NCBI GenBank assembly: GCA_034530875.2 | Contig: JAVRCJ020000047.1 | Span: 1 to 52,483 of the forward strand | Direction: 5' to 3' | Length of the DNA: 52,483 nt | From: Nostoc sp. DedSLP01 | GTDB lineage: Bacteria; Cyanobacteriota; Cyanobacteriia; Cyanobacteriales; Nostocaceae | Shown: positions 1-9,248 of the stretch, in pieces | Layout of the letters: each line of letters begins with the position of its first letter | Numbering within the stretch: the first letter of the stretch is position 1 | Made by a program: the position numbers and the translations under genes | The notes under the pieces: generated by a model | The model's input: only the letters and a program-made list of their open reading frames with translations | Databases searched by the model: none | Told to the model about the DNA's origin: nothing

Positions 1-120
1 TACTGCTTGTGGCTTGGTCAGATGCGGCATCTTTTCTATGACTATCCTCGTCCATTGCCTTAATTCTTCACTCTTTCTCTTGGCATTTTTCTTTCCATAG
101 CCTTGAGCTCTTCGCCGCAT
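1..120 (-). mobile_element. N-terminus of a probable IS (IS4-like DDE) transposase, running off the window edge
   Basis: Hand translation of the minus strand from ATG at 120 gives MRRRAQGYGKKNAKRKSEELRQWTRIVIEKMPHLTKPQAV. The ELRQWT..V...MPHLxKPQA segment resembles the start of cyanobacterial IS4-like transposases. A candidate terminal repeat CTTTCAAGGGTAGG lies at 192-205 (minus), next to a GGGGCAGA-type tandem repeat. Confidence 0.55.
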
Positions 121-267
121 CTGCCTTGCTTATTTTTGCGGTCTGACAACAGTAGTGTATTTTACTGCCTAAACTACCCCTTTCTTAAACCCCTACCCTT
201 GAAAGGGGCAGAGAGGGCAGACGGGGCAGGGGGAGAAAGAACTAATGACCAATACACTTTTCTCCAT

Positions 268-867
268 TTACCAAAACATCGATTCTGTCAGTTGCGAACC
301 TCCTGCTTGACGTCCTAATAGATAGTGAATGACTGCAAATAAGATAACTAACGGTACTGAGGCAAAGTGAACAATTCGTAATGCTTGCCAACTACCAAAC
401 AAATCGACAATCCAATGAAATTGAGCCGGTTTGTACATTCCTATTCCTGTCAATAATGCCAGCAGCAAGATAGGAATAATTGCTGTATAGGCAATACGAT
501 GCCAAGCATAAATGAGACGTTTGGGATTTTTCGTTTTTTGTAATGCTTTGAGGTCGTTAGTTCCGACAAACCGATGTCGCCAACGGCGGGTAATTAAAAT
601 ATAAATTCCGTACCATAAGAGATTCAATGAAAATAGCCACATTGCAGCAAAATGCCAATGTCTACCTCCTGCAAGCCAACCTCCAAAGGTAAATATCGGT
701 GGAATATGCAAGCCTGCACGCCCGCCAAAAACAGGGTTGGCGTTGTAAATTTGTAGTCCGCTAGTGAGCATGAGAAATAGGCTAATGATGTTACACCAAT
801 GGAATATTTTGGCTCCTATTGCTTGGGTGGGTAATTTCCGAACTGGGGAAGAAGAATTTGAAGTCAT
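268..867 (-). CDS. Cytochrome b/b6-domain membrane protein (Ni/Fe-hydrogenase/thiosulfate reductase cytochrome b-like)
   Basis: 199 aa with four hydrophobic helices and heme-ligand His residues (FHW, RHWHF, VHF, IHY); SGLQIYNA and GGWLAGGRHWHFAAMW motifs. Confidence 0.8.
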   Translation of the reverse strand: MTSNSSSPVRKLPTQAIGAKIFHWCNIISLFLMLTSGLQIYNANPVFGGRAGLHIPPIFTFGGWLAGGRHWHFAAMWLFSLNLLWYGIYILITRRWRHRFVGTNDLKALQKTKNPKRLIYAWHRIAYTAIIPILLLALLTGIGMYKPAQFHWIVDLFGSWQALRIVHFASVPLVILFAVIHYLLGRQAGGSQLTESMFW

Positions 868-1048
868 AGGTTTTAATTGAGTAGAATTTATTGTTTATTT
901 GGTTTTCAAATAGGGAGTCGTGAATAAGGGAAGAAACTGAGCTTATTAATTTAGGAAATGCTGCCGAAAAAGCATTATAACAAGCAAAAAAATAAGGAGG
1001 CGATCGCCTTGTTTTAAATTATTTTTTTAGATACTACTGAATTGTTAT

Positions 1049-2068
1049 TTAAAAAAGAATTCTTTGAAGTTTTTTGCTAGATTTTTGAATCAAACGATTC
1101 ATTTGCGACATCACAGTAGGAACTTTTAACTCTTTTGGTTTTCGTTCTGGCTCTTTGAGAAATCGATAATATAAAAACTCATCTCTATAATCAATATTCA
1201 CATCTTCTCCTCGAGATAAACGGGCAAAATCAATAGAAGAATAGCTCATATAATGAATGCGATGAATTGGTTTTAAGCCATCTTGATTGTAAAGAACGTT
1301 ATCGATATTTACAAATTTGTCTGCATTAGCACAGTTACCTGTTCTGTCTTGAGGATTGGGGCTGAGAGTAAAGTTAAATATCTGGCGATCGCCATATAAA
1401 GTTAAATAAACAAACATCCCAGAACTAGACCACCACGAGCTTCCCCGAATCCATTAAAATTCGCGTTTTTCAATCCATCTTTCTTCGATACAATCTAAAT
1501 CTTTGCCGTCAAAAAGTAACCGTTTGGAACCAAAAAAACTATCACAATGAATTTTTGGACGTAAATCAGCTTCAGTTAGCTTTGTTGCTTTTTCAACTAC
1601 ATCAATATTTAATTCTGTTTTATCTCTGGGTTTAGCATGTTCCCAATCATTAAATACCAAATCGTAATTATCCAGCTTGGCAAAAATGTCATCAATTGGT
1701 TTCATGGCTAAACTATCAGCATCATAAAACACAAATCTGTCAAACTCACCATTGAAAGACGCAAACTTCCGGTGTACAAAGCCTTTATACCATGCTGGAC
1801 GATTTAATTTAGAATCATTTGCTCTTGGATGAGTATCCCAAAGCTGATTGATAAAATTATCCCAACGCTGAATTGCTTCCCAATTTTCAAAAAGCGTGAC
1901 ATTCTTTCTAGATTTTATTTCCCGTTTAACCAGTTCTAATTGCTGATTATAAGGAATCACGCAAACAGGAATATCTGCGCCAACATTAACCTCAATACTG
2001 TTTAGCAAAGCAACTAATTGGTCGTATACAGCATCATTGGCTAGCGTATAAATACCAAATGATTTCAT
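1049..2068 (-). pseudogene. Npun_R2821/R2822-like putative GT-A glycosyltransferase interrupted by an in-frame stop
   Basis: ORFs 1454..2068 and 1049..1417 share a frame. Readthrough of TAA at 1454-1456 gives ...KREF*WIRGSSWWSSSGMFVYL..., about 339 codons. N-terminal GIYTLANDxVYDQLVALLNSIE and DxD motif (YDADS). Confidence 0.8.
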
Positions 2069-2239
2069 TTTGCTATATCCTACGTAACTGATATACTAAT
2101 TTCTTTACTCAGCACTTTTTCAGTCGCACTTACATACTGGCTTATACTGAACTGTAAAAATAATAGTAAATCTAGAACTACACAGTAAATTTACCATTGT
2201 CATCTGTTATGGGCAACTAACTTTTCTCACCTCTAATAC

Positions 2240-2304
2240 GTTCTTTTCTGTTCCCTGTTCTTGGTTAGATAAGTAATTTCTCCGAATCAAACCCGATTGC
2301 TATA
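2240..2304. repeat. Partial Nostocales MITE-like dispersed repeat
   Basis: Reverse complement TATAGCAATCGGGTTTGATTCGGAGAAATTACTT...GAACAGGGAACAG aligns with 4531-4600. Confidence 0.6.
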
Positions 2305-2381
2305 TATTAAGGGATACTGATGATGACATACAGCGACGAATCAGGTCATGGTATATATATCACATTTGATGCATTACTGGT

Positions 2382-3596
2382 ATGAACATCTTAATGATAT
2401 CTTGTACGTTTCCCTACCCACCAACAAAGGGGGGAACCCAAGTCAGGACATTTAATTTACTTAAGTATTTAAGACAACATCATAATGTTACCCTCGTTAC
2501 TCAGAGGGAATACGATGTTACTGATGCTGAATTAGTAGCATTACGGGATTTTGTAGATCGTTTGGTAGTTTTCGATCGCCCTGTAGGTTCTGCAACCACA
2601 GCCAAAATTTTGCAGAAAATCCAGCGTTTTGGTGAATTTTTGCTACACGGTACGCCACCCAGCGTACTCAACCATTATTCAGTGGAGATGCAAACTTGGG
2701 TTAACAATTGGGTAGCAGCAGGAAAATGCGATGTAATTACCTGCGAACATAGCGTCAATGAAATTTACGTGCAGCCAGATTTTCAGAAACAGGTAAAAAC
2801 TATAGTTGATATTCATAGTTCTGTTTATGCTACTTGTCGCAAACAACTAGCGATCGGCATTTCTGAAAATCCAATGAGAGATAAAATGAATCTGCCACTT
2901 TTGCGGCGTTACGAACAAAATTACTGCGCTAAATTTTCGGAAATTGTTGTCACAACACAAGAAGATAAACTACAAATACAAGAATTTAATCCTAATACTA
3001 AAATTACAGTTATCCCCAACGGCGTAGATTTAGTTTCTTTTCCCTATCGTAGCAGCGACCCAGGGGGACATCATTTAATTTTTATTGGTGCTATGGATTA
3101 TTTGGCGAATGTTGATACTGTCTGCTTTTTCAGTAATGAAGTATTGCCAGAAATTCAAAAAAAATATCCAGATACAACTTTTGATATTGTCGGTTCTCGC
3201 CCTACCCAAGAAGTTTTAGCGCTTGCTAAAAAACCGGGAATTAATGTGACTGGACGCGTACCTTCAATGGTAGAATATTTACACAAAGCAACTATCTGCG
3301 TTGTACCGATGCGGACTGGGTTTGGTATTAAAAATAAGACTCTAGAAGCAATGGCGGCTGGAGTACCAGTAGTAGGAAGCGATCGCGGTTTAGAAGGATT
3401 AGCCGTAGACGGTACAGGGGAATCGCTACGTGCATTACGAGCCAATGAACCCGGGGAGTACGTCAGTGCAATTAGTAAATTATTCGAGAATCCAGAATTG
3501 CGATCGCAATTATCCCGCAATGGCAGACAACTAGTAGAAACAGAATTTACTTGGGATATCGCTGGTAAAAGCTACGAACAAGTTTGTCTTGCATAA
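2382..3596 (+). CDS. Glycosyltransferase family 4 (GT-B fold)
   Basis: 404 aa; PYPPTKGG N-terminus, VIPNGVD, GFGIKNKTLEAMAAGVPVV. Confidence 0.92.
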   Translation: MNILMISCTFPYPPTKGGTQVRTFNLLKYLRQHHNVTLVTQREYDVTDAELVALRDFVDRLVVFDRPVGSATTAKILQKIQRFGEFLLHGTPPSVLNHYSVEMQTWVNNWVAAGKCDVITCEHSVNEIYVQPDFQKQVKTIVDIHSSVYATCRKQLAIGISENPMRDKMNLPLLRRYEQNYCAKFSEIVVTTQEDKLQIQEFNPNTKITVIPNGVDLVSFPYRSSDPGGHHLIFIGAMDYLANVDTVCFFSNEVLPEIQKKYPDTTFDIVGSRPTQEVLALAKKPGINVTGRVPSMVEYLHKATICVVPMRTGFGIKNKTLEAMAAGVPVVGSDRGLEGLAVDGTGESLRALRANEPGEYVSAISKLFENPELRSQLSRNGRQLVETEFTWDIAGKSYEQVCLA

Positions 3597-3636
3597 TTCA
3601 TCATTATTTTGAATTGAGAATTCAAAACAAATGTAT

Positions 3637-3664
3637 GTAGAGACGTTGCAATGCAACGTCTCTA
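3637..3664. repeat. GTAG-type REP-like palindrome
   Basis: TAGAGACGTTGCA-A-TGCAACGTCTCTA: perfect 13-bp arms starting from GTAG, located between convergent genes. Confidence 0.8.
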
Positions 3665-3845
3665 TAAAAGTCATTAGTTATGCAAATTTTCTTATCTAAA
3701 GCGTATCGGATTATTAGTTATACCAAATCGATTGTGATGGTGGTAGATGCAGGGTTCAACAATCTGCCGCGTAACTTATTCTTTATCAGATGCACTTACG
3801 AACACAATTCAAAATCCAAAAATCTATTACTTGTGAAAATGCGAC

Positions 3846-4124
3846 TTAATTATTTTCAAAATTAACCGCAGGCCGAAAGGCAAGTAATTTTTTAAGCTTA
3901 CGCTTATTATTCTTGAGGATAGCTAAATAATTATCAACATAACGAAAAGCAGATTCACAGTCGTAAGCAGCAATTGACATCGCTTGCAAGAAAATTTTAG
4001 GGGGAATTTCAAACCCTAAAAATTTATCTGTTAAGATTAACAATTCTTTATCTGTGGCAGGAAAAGTAACTTCTTGTGCCTCTTCTGAATCATTAAAGAT
4101 ATCTTCAATTAATGCTCTGGACAT
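3846..4124 (-). CDS. Hypothetical protein (92 aa)
   Basis: ATG at 4124 preceded by a strong Shine-Dalgarno GGGGAGGT (4130-4137); overlaps the end of the upstream ORF. Confidence 0.6.
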   Translation of the reverse strand: MSRALIEDIFNDSEEAQEVTFPATDKELLILTDKFLGFEIPPKIFLQAMSIAAYDCESAFRYVDNYLAILKNNKRKLKKLLAFRPAVNFENN

Positions 4125-4350
4125 TTCGTACCTCCCCAAAAGCATAAGATGCAAAGCCAGTGATGAAATTTAGCTGCTGATCGCGAGTTCGTAAGTTATC
4201 TGGGAGTTCAGTACCAGGACATCCTATTTCCCGCAAAATTTCTAAACAATAAGCGCCGAGTTTGGTGTATGGAGCTTGCTCCAATTCTTGAGCTACCTCT
4301 AGAGCCATCTCCAGGTTGACTTGTATAACCGTCGTTACAGGGCTGGTCAT
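4105..4350 (-). CDS. Hypothetical protein (81 aa)
   Basis: ATG start, protein-like composition, translationally coupled to 3846..4124. Confidence 0.55.
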   Translation of the reverse strand: MTSPVTTVIQVNLEMALEVAQELEQAPYTKLGAYCLEILREIGCPGTELPDNLRTRDQQLNFITGFASYAFGEVRNVQSIN

Positions 4351-4530
4351 AAATAAACCCTAATAAACTGGATGCTCTCAGTTTTGATCGGAAGCATAGG
4401 TTACCGTAACGGTGTTTTTGCGGAATTTATAAAGAAGAGACTTTAAAGTATCAGGGCATTTGCGGTCAAGCATCCAAATTATAAGACTGCAATCTTGTTA
4501 AAGCCTGGTTTTCACTGGATTATAGAATGA

Positions 4531-4631
4531 TATGGCAATCCGGTTTGGTTCAAAGAAATTACTTGCGTAAATGAGGTATAGGGAACAGGGAACAGACAAT
4601 ATCCTCCCAAAAATCAAATATGGGTCTAATA
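4531..4631. repeat. Nostocales MITE-like dispersed repeat
   Basis: Left end TATGGCAATCCGGTTTGGTT, right end AAATCAAATATGGGTCTAATA (degenerate inverted termini), internal GGGAACA repeats; homologous to 2240-2304. Confidence 0.55.
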
Positions 4632-4809
4632 TGATGTCCGCAAAATTGCCCATGATAGATACTTCTGCCGCTACTTTCAGAGAACCTCTCAAAACTTTGG
4701 CGTTCAGAATTTTACTTAGGGAAGACGAAAACCAGGAACGAATTTTTCCTCTGCTCCCTCTGCTCCCTCTGCTCCCTGCTAATTGTATATTTTTTTAGTT
4801 AGAATTCCC

Positions 4810-6255
4810 TTACTGGACGCCACTGCCAGCTTTTTGCTGTTGATAGCGCAGTTTAAACTGCTGTTGTTGGATTTTATGATTGACAATTGGTTCCGGATAG
4901 CCAACAGCATGGCGTTCTAAAGGTGATATTTTACCTGTCACTAAATATTCTGTATCCATAGAACGCAACTCTGACACCCATTGGCGAATATACTCCGCAT
5001 CAGGATCGAATTTTTGTGCTTGACTGGCTGGGTTGAAAATTCGCACGGGTTTGGGATCCATGCCACTAGAAGCACTCCATTGCCAACCGCCATTGTTAGC
5101 TGATAAATCAGCATCAATCAGCTTTTGCATAAAGTATTTTTCTCCGAGTTGGGGATTAATTAGCAAGTCTTTGGTAAGAAAACTAGCAACAATCATCCGA
5201 CAACGGTTGTGCATCCAGCCAATTTCATTCAACTGGCGCATAGCTGCATCCACAATGGGGTAGCCAGTTCTACCCTCGCACCAAGCTTGGAAATGTTCTT
5301 CGTTAGTTTCCCAAGGAAAGTTTTTGAAGGTATCGCGGAAAGCGCCATCAGCCAATTCGGGGAAGTTATACATTGCGTGTTGATAAAACTCGCGCCAAGC
5401 GAGTTCTTGCTGCCATGTGCGGATAGCGGCTGCTGCTTCCTCGCTGCGGCTATTTTCTTGTGCTTGTGTAGTGGCTTGCCAAACAGTACGAATGCCAATG
5501 ACGCCAAATTTCAAAGCTGCACTCAGTTGCGAAGTTCCATCAACTGCCGGAAAATTACGCTGTTCTTGGTATTCAGTAATCGCTTTAGTAGTAAATTCCT
5601 CTAGTCGTTCTTGCGCCGCCGCCTCTCCTGGTGAAAGAATCAATCCTCCATCCCAAATAAATCCTAAATCTTTTGCTGAAGGTAAAGCTAATGCTCCTGC
5701 TTGTTTTGCAATTTCCCCTTCGGCTTGTGTTAACCCCTCAACATTTTGCAGAGATTCTACTGGCTGACTCTTGGGTTTGGCAATCCAATTTTTCCAAAAG
5801 GGAGTATAAACAGTGTAAGGTTGATTGCTGCCAGATCGGATCTCTTCTGGAGAGTGGAGAATTTGATCCCAGTTTTGGGTAAGGAACTCAATACCTTTTT
5901 CTTTAAGGGCATTTATAATATTGCGATCGCGTTCTTGAGAATAAGGTTCTACATCCCAATTCCAAAAAACAGCTTTCGCTGATAACGCCTGGGCTAAAGC
6001 TGGTATACCTTGCACGGGATCGGTATGCAGTATTAACAACTCGCTGCCAACTTCGGCATATCGCTGCTGTAATTTCTGCAAACAGCCAATCATATAAGTT
6101 ACCCTCACCGGGGCAACATCATCTCGTTCCAGAATATTGGGATCCAGGCAAAACACACCCACTACCTTCGGACTCTGCCGCCGTGCCGCAGTCAATCCCG
6201 TATTATCAGAAATGCGTAAATCCCGACGATGCCAAAACAGAATTAAGTCAGACAT
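4810..6255 (-). CDS. phrA: DNA photolyase (class I CPD photolyase)
   Basis: [62 protein letters not shown]; start placed at ATG 6255 (MSDLILFW). Confidence 0.93.
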   Translation of the reverse strand: MSDLILFWHRRDLRISDNTGLTAARRQSPKVVGVFCLDPNILERDDVAPVRVTYMIGCLQKLQQRYAEVGSELLILHTDPVQGIPALAQALSAKAVFWNWDVEPYSQERDRNIINALKEKGIEFLTQNWDQILHSPEEIRSGSNQPYTVYTPFWKNWIAKPKSQPVESLQNVEGLTQAEGEIAKQAGALALPSAKDLGFIWDGGLILSPGEAAAQERLEEFTTKAITEYQEQRNFPAVDGTSQLSAALKFGVIGIRTVWQATTQAQENSRSEEAAAAIRTWQQELAWREFYQHAMYNFPELADGAFRDTFKNFPWETNEEHFQAWCEGRTGYPIVDAAMRQLNEIGWMHNRCRMIVASFLTKDLLINPQLGEKYFMQKLIDADLSANNGGWQWSASSGMDPKPVRIFNPASQAQKFDPDAEYIRQWVSELRSMDTEYLVTGKISPLERHAVGYPEPIVNHKIQQQQFKLRYQQQKAGSGVQ

Positions 6256-6339
6256 TCCATACTCAAGATAGTTCACCCGTACTAGCTTAGATGTTAATGG
6301 CACCAATCAGCATCATTCTGTTGATAAATTTATTCTGTA

Positions 6340-6420
6340 TTAGTCGTTAGTCATTAGTCATTAGTTATTGGTCATTAGTCTTCCCCTGCCCCTCTGCCCC
6401 CTCTGCCCCCTCTGCCTCCC
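6340..6420. repeat. STRR tandem repeats (TTAGTCA)n and (CCCCTCTGC)n
   Basis: About six heptamers followed by about three to four nonamers in the divergent intergenic region. Confidence 0.85.
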
Positions 6421-6512
6421 ATGCCCGATTCCCCGGTTTGTCAATCGGTAATAGTGGCTTTTTGGTGAAAAATTGAGTATACTCTTCTTAACAGTTAATT
6501 AGTCTTTTTGTC

Positions 6513-7055
6513 ATGGCTAACCTCCTACTTGATGACGGTACAATTGAGAGCGATTTAGGCGAAATAGTTAGCGAACTTGCGCCCCTTGGCATTCAACTTA
6601 GACACTACGACCCAGGAACATCGCTCCTTTTCCCAGACCTAGTAGACCAAGAGGTTTTAAGCGAATCGGAAAAAGCTTATATTATCGAACTCCATAACAG
6701 CGTCTTTGAATTTATCCAGCAAGAAAATGAGGCTCTCTGGTGTGACTTGCTAAATCTACATGCAGGTTCGCCCAATCTTCACCAGCTGATAACAGCCTAC
6801 AGTCGTTACCACACTCACACTGCTGCTGAACCCCTCTACGTCTTGGCAGGAGAAATGATTTATGGCTTCGTGCGACCTGATGGCAGCCAAATACAGCTTT
6901 TAATTCAGGCACAAGACTATCTTTGTATCCCCGCCGGTGTTGAACATTGGTGCAGCCCAAATGCTTCGTTGAATTTTAAAGCGATACGCTATTTTGCAAA
7001 TGCAGAAGGATGGGTTCCTAAGTATACAGGCACTCAAATAGTTACTAATTCGTAA
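6513..7055 (+). CDS. Acireductone dioxygenase-like cupin
   Basis: 180 aa; HTHxxxE and IPAGVEHW metal-binding cupin motifs; AIRYF...GWVPKYTG C-terminus typical of ARD. Confidence 0.8.
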   Translation: MANLLLDDGTIESDLGEIVSELAPLGIQLRHYDPGTSLLFPDLVDQEVLSESEKAYIIELHNSVFEFIQQENEALWCDLLNLHAGSPNLHQLITAYSRYHTHTAAEPLYVLAGEMIYGFVRPDGSQIQLLIQAQDYLCIPAGVEHWCSPNASLNFKAIRYFANAEGWVPKYTGTQIVTNS

Positions 7056-7082
7056 TACTCGCCTCCGGCGAGAAGCAAGCTA
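7056..7082. repeat. Small dispersed repeat inserted in a (TTCGTAA)n STRR
   Basis: TACTCGCCTCCGGCGAGAAGCAAGCTA with CTCGCC/GGCGAG hairpin, flanked by TTCGTAA units. Confidence 0.65.
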
Positions 7083-7228
7083 CGTAATTCGTAGTTAAGA
7101 GCAGATTTGTAAAGAAAATCTTAAGGATACGCAATTCATTACTGGGCATGACAAAACAATTCAAATTGTTCTGTCCATTAATTACGAATTACGAATGATT
7201 AAACTGGTTGCAAAACCATCAATAAACT

Positions 7229-8029
7229 TTACTCAACTTCCTCACAGCGAATTAAGAGCATTTCCATCGCCTCTGCTAGAGAAATCAATTCTGTCCAAGA
7301 AGAACCAGTGACTAAATTTTGGGCATGAGCTAATCGGTTTCGTAACTGTTCGGCAGACTTGAGGAAGCGTTCGCCAAATCGCTTGGATTTGAGTCCCAAT
7401 TGTTCTAGAAGTTCTGGTTGATTTAAAACTAACTCTCGTTTATCGCAGAATTGCAGATAATCTAACAAATCGGTAGCTTCGTTTCTTTCCTGGCTTTCTC
7501 GCCATAGCCGTTTCGCAACTTCTAATCGCTCTTTTTTGAGGACTTGTTGCCAAGAATCTTGAGGATAATAAAGGCGCACTAACCGCAGCAGATTCATTTC
7601 CAGCAGTGTTACCAAGCCAAACAGTAGCATTCGTGCGGGTGCTTTTTGCAAGTCTCCACAGGTAACAATTCCACTCACTTGGTTGCAGTCAAGGACAAAC
7701 AATCGGGGAGTTTGTTGCAAAATCGGTAGCAACTTCATCAGTGGAGTAGAAATTGCAATTAGTTCTTTGGGATGAAATACCCGTTGATAATCGCTACATT
7801 TGCCAGCTTTACCTTGAATCAAACTAGAGCGTTCTACATAACCAGTAATGGTATCTCCGGTTTCAACGCCGATGACATCAAAATTTTGTGCGTCCATCCA
7901 ATGCAGCACTTCTGTCACTTCTGCATCAGCTGGCATCGCTTTGAGGGGTTCTGCAACGTATTCAATGGTGATATTGTTCTCAAACAAACTCCGCAGGTCT
8001 TGAGAACGGGATTTTAGGTGTTTCATCAC
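7229..8029 (-). CDS. CBS-pair plus Swt1-like HEPN domain protein (putative ligand-regulated RNase)
   Basis: N-terminal CBS-like motifs (FDVIGV...GYV; LFVL...GIVTCGDL); helical C-terminus with an upstream Glu (LLEMNL) and RNRLAH (Rx4H). Confidence 0.7.
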   Translation of the reverse strand: MMKHLKSRSQDLRSLFENNITIEYVAEPLKAMPADAEVTEVLHWMDAQNFDVIGVETGDTITGYVERSSLIQGKAGKCSDYQRVFHPKELIAISTPLMKLLPILQQTPRLFVLDCNQVSGIVTCGDLQKAPARMLLFGLVTLLEMNLLRLVRLYYPQDSWQQVLKKERLEVAKRLWRESQERNEATDLLDYLQFCDKRELVLNQPELLEQLGLKSKRFGERFLKSAEQLRNRLAHAQNLVTGSSWTELISLAEAMEMLLIRCEEVE

Positions 8030-8141
8030 CCTTTTGTAAACTCATATCAAATAATCCTATGGTAATCGTAGGAGCGATCGCCTAGTTTCCTGCCAGATTC
8101 GGGTTCAGCCGGGATAGGGATACCGGATACCGTTGACGAGT

Positions 8142-8251
8142 CAATACGGTTCGGATAAGCATTTTGAACTAACGATTGGTTTGGGGAAAAGGTTAAAGGG
8201 TAAGGGTTAAAGGTTTTTTATTCCCTTTTCCCCTTTAACCGAACCGTATTG
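8142..8251. mobile_element. 110-bp MITE (Nezha-like) with 18-bp TIRs and 10-bp target-site duplication
   Basis: TIRs CAATACGGTTCGGATAAG (8142-8159) and TTTAACCGAACCGTATTG (8234-8251), 16/18 match; flanks GTTGACGAGT (8132-8141) and GTTGGCGAGT (8252-8261). Confidence 0.88.
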
Positions 8252-8286
8252 GTTGGCGAGTCCCCCATAGGACTTGGTAGGCCTCT

Positions 8287-9027
8287 TCACCAGGGAAGCA
8301 CGCCATTCTCGTCAAAAAACCCTCCTGTAGAACCATCTTCGGGGAGGGTAGCAAGTCTGACTGCTGCTGTGGCTCCTTGTTGAACGGTGCGGTGACCTTG
8401 ATTTTGATTAATGTCGGTGGCTGTGTAACCAGGGTCGGCAGCATTGACTTTTATCGGAGTATCTTTCAGTTCAGCAGCAAACAAAACTGTGAGTGCGTTT
8501 ACTGCTGTCTTTGATGAGTTATAAGCAACGAGCTTAAAATTGGCAAACTCATAATTTGGGTCTAAGTTTAGAGTTAGAGAACCTAAACCACTTGATATAT
8601 TTACTATTCGCCCTGCTGCCGATTTCTTCAAAAGTGGCAATAGGGCTTTTGTGACTGCAAATACTCCAAAGACGTTTGTTTCATAAGTGTCCCGCAGTGT
8701 TTGAATATCAACTTGACTGGGTGGAAGGCGATCGCCTTGACTCAGTATTCCTGCATTGTTGACCAGAATATCAAGCTTTCCGAATTCGCTCTCGATTTGT
8801 CGAGCTGTAGAGTCGATGGTTTTTTGGTCTACTACATTTAGTTGAATCGCTTTGGCATCAATTTTATTTAAACGCAGTTGATTTGCTGCTTCTTCACCAC
8901 GTCCGATATCTCTGGCACCAACAAGCACGGTAGCACCTCTAGAACCTAGTTGACGTGCGATTTCATAACCAATACCTTTATTTGCACCTGTAATCAGTGC
9001 AACTTTGCCTTTTAAATCTTCTGCCAT
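8287..9027 (-). CDS. Short-chain dehydrogenase/reductase (carbonyl reductase-like)
   Basis: TGANKGIG, LVNNAG, YNSSK catalytic motif, DPGYTATD. Confidence 0.93.
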   Translation of the reverse strand: MAEDLKGKVALITGANKGIGYEIARQLGSRGATVLVGARDIGRGEEAANQLRLNKIDAKAIQLNVVDQKTIDSTARQIESEFGKLDILVNNAGILSQGDRLPPSQVDIQTLRDTYETNVFGVFAVTKALLPLLKKSAAGRIVNISSGLGSLTLNLDPNYEFANFKLVAYNSSKTAVNALTVLFAAELKDTPIKVNAADPGYTATDINQNQGHRTVQQGATAAVRLATLPEDGSTGGFFDENGVLPW

Positions 9028-9248
9028 ATCAATTTGCTCGACTTAACTGGGAATTGCTAATATTTTCAAGCCACTCTAGTGTATATGTAGTGTGTTATCA
9101 ACACAATATTTAGAATTTACTTGTGCTACACAAGTGCGATCGACTGTGGTGTTAATACCTGTAGTCATTCACACCTGAGATAGCGGTTGAGACAATATTT
9201 GCAGCCTAGACTACTAATTGACTCAAAAATTCTTGGAGAGAAGCAGAT

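Noticed and set aside
2240..4631. Composite transposon formed by the two MITE copies around GT4
   Set aside because: The copies are degenerate and no shared target duplication is visible; independent insertions are simpler
5033..5982. Multiple ORFs overlapping the photolyase gene (likewise those inside the kinases, iscS, ggt, GH13 and oxidoreductases)
   Set aside because: Antisense or off-frame shadows of well-supported genes
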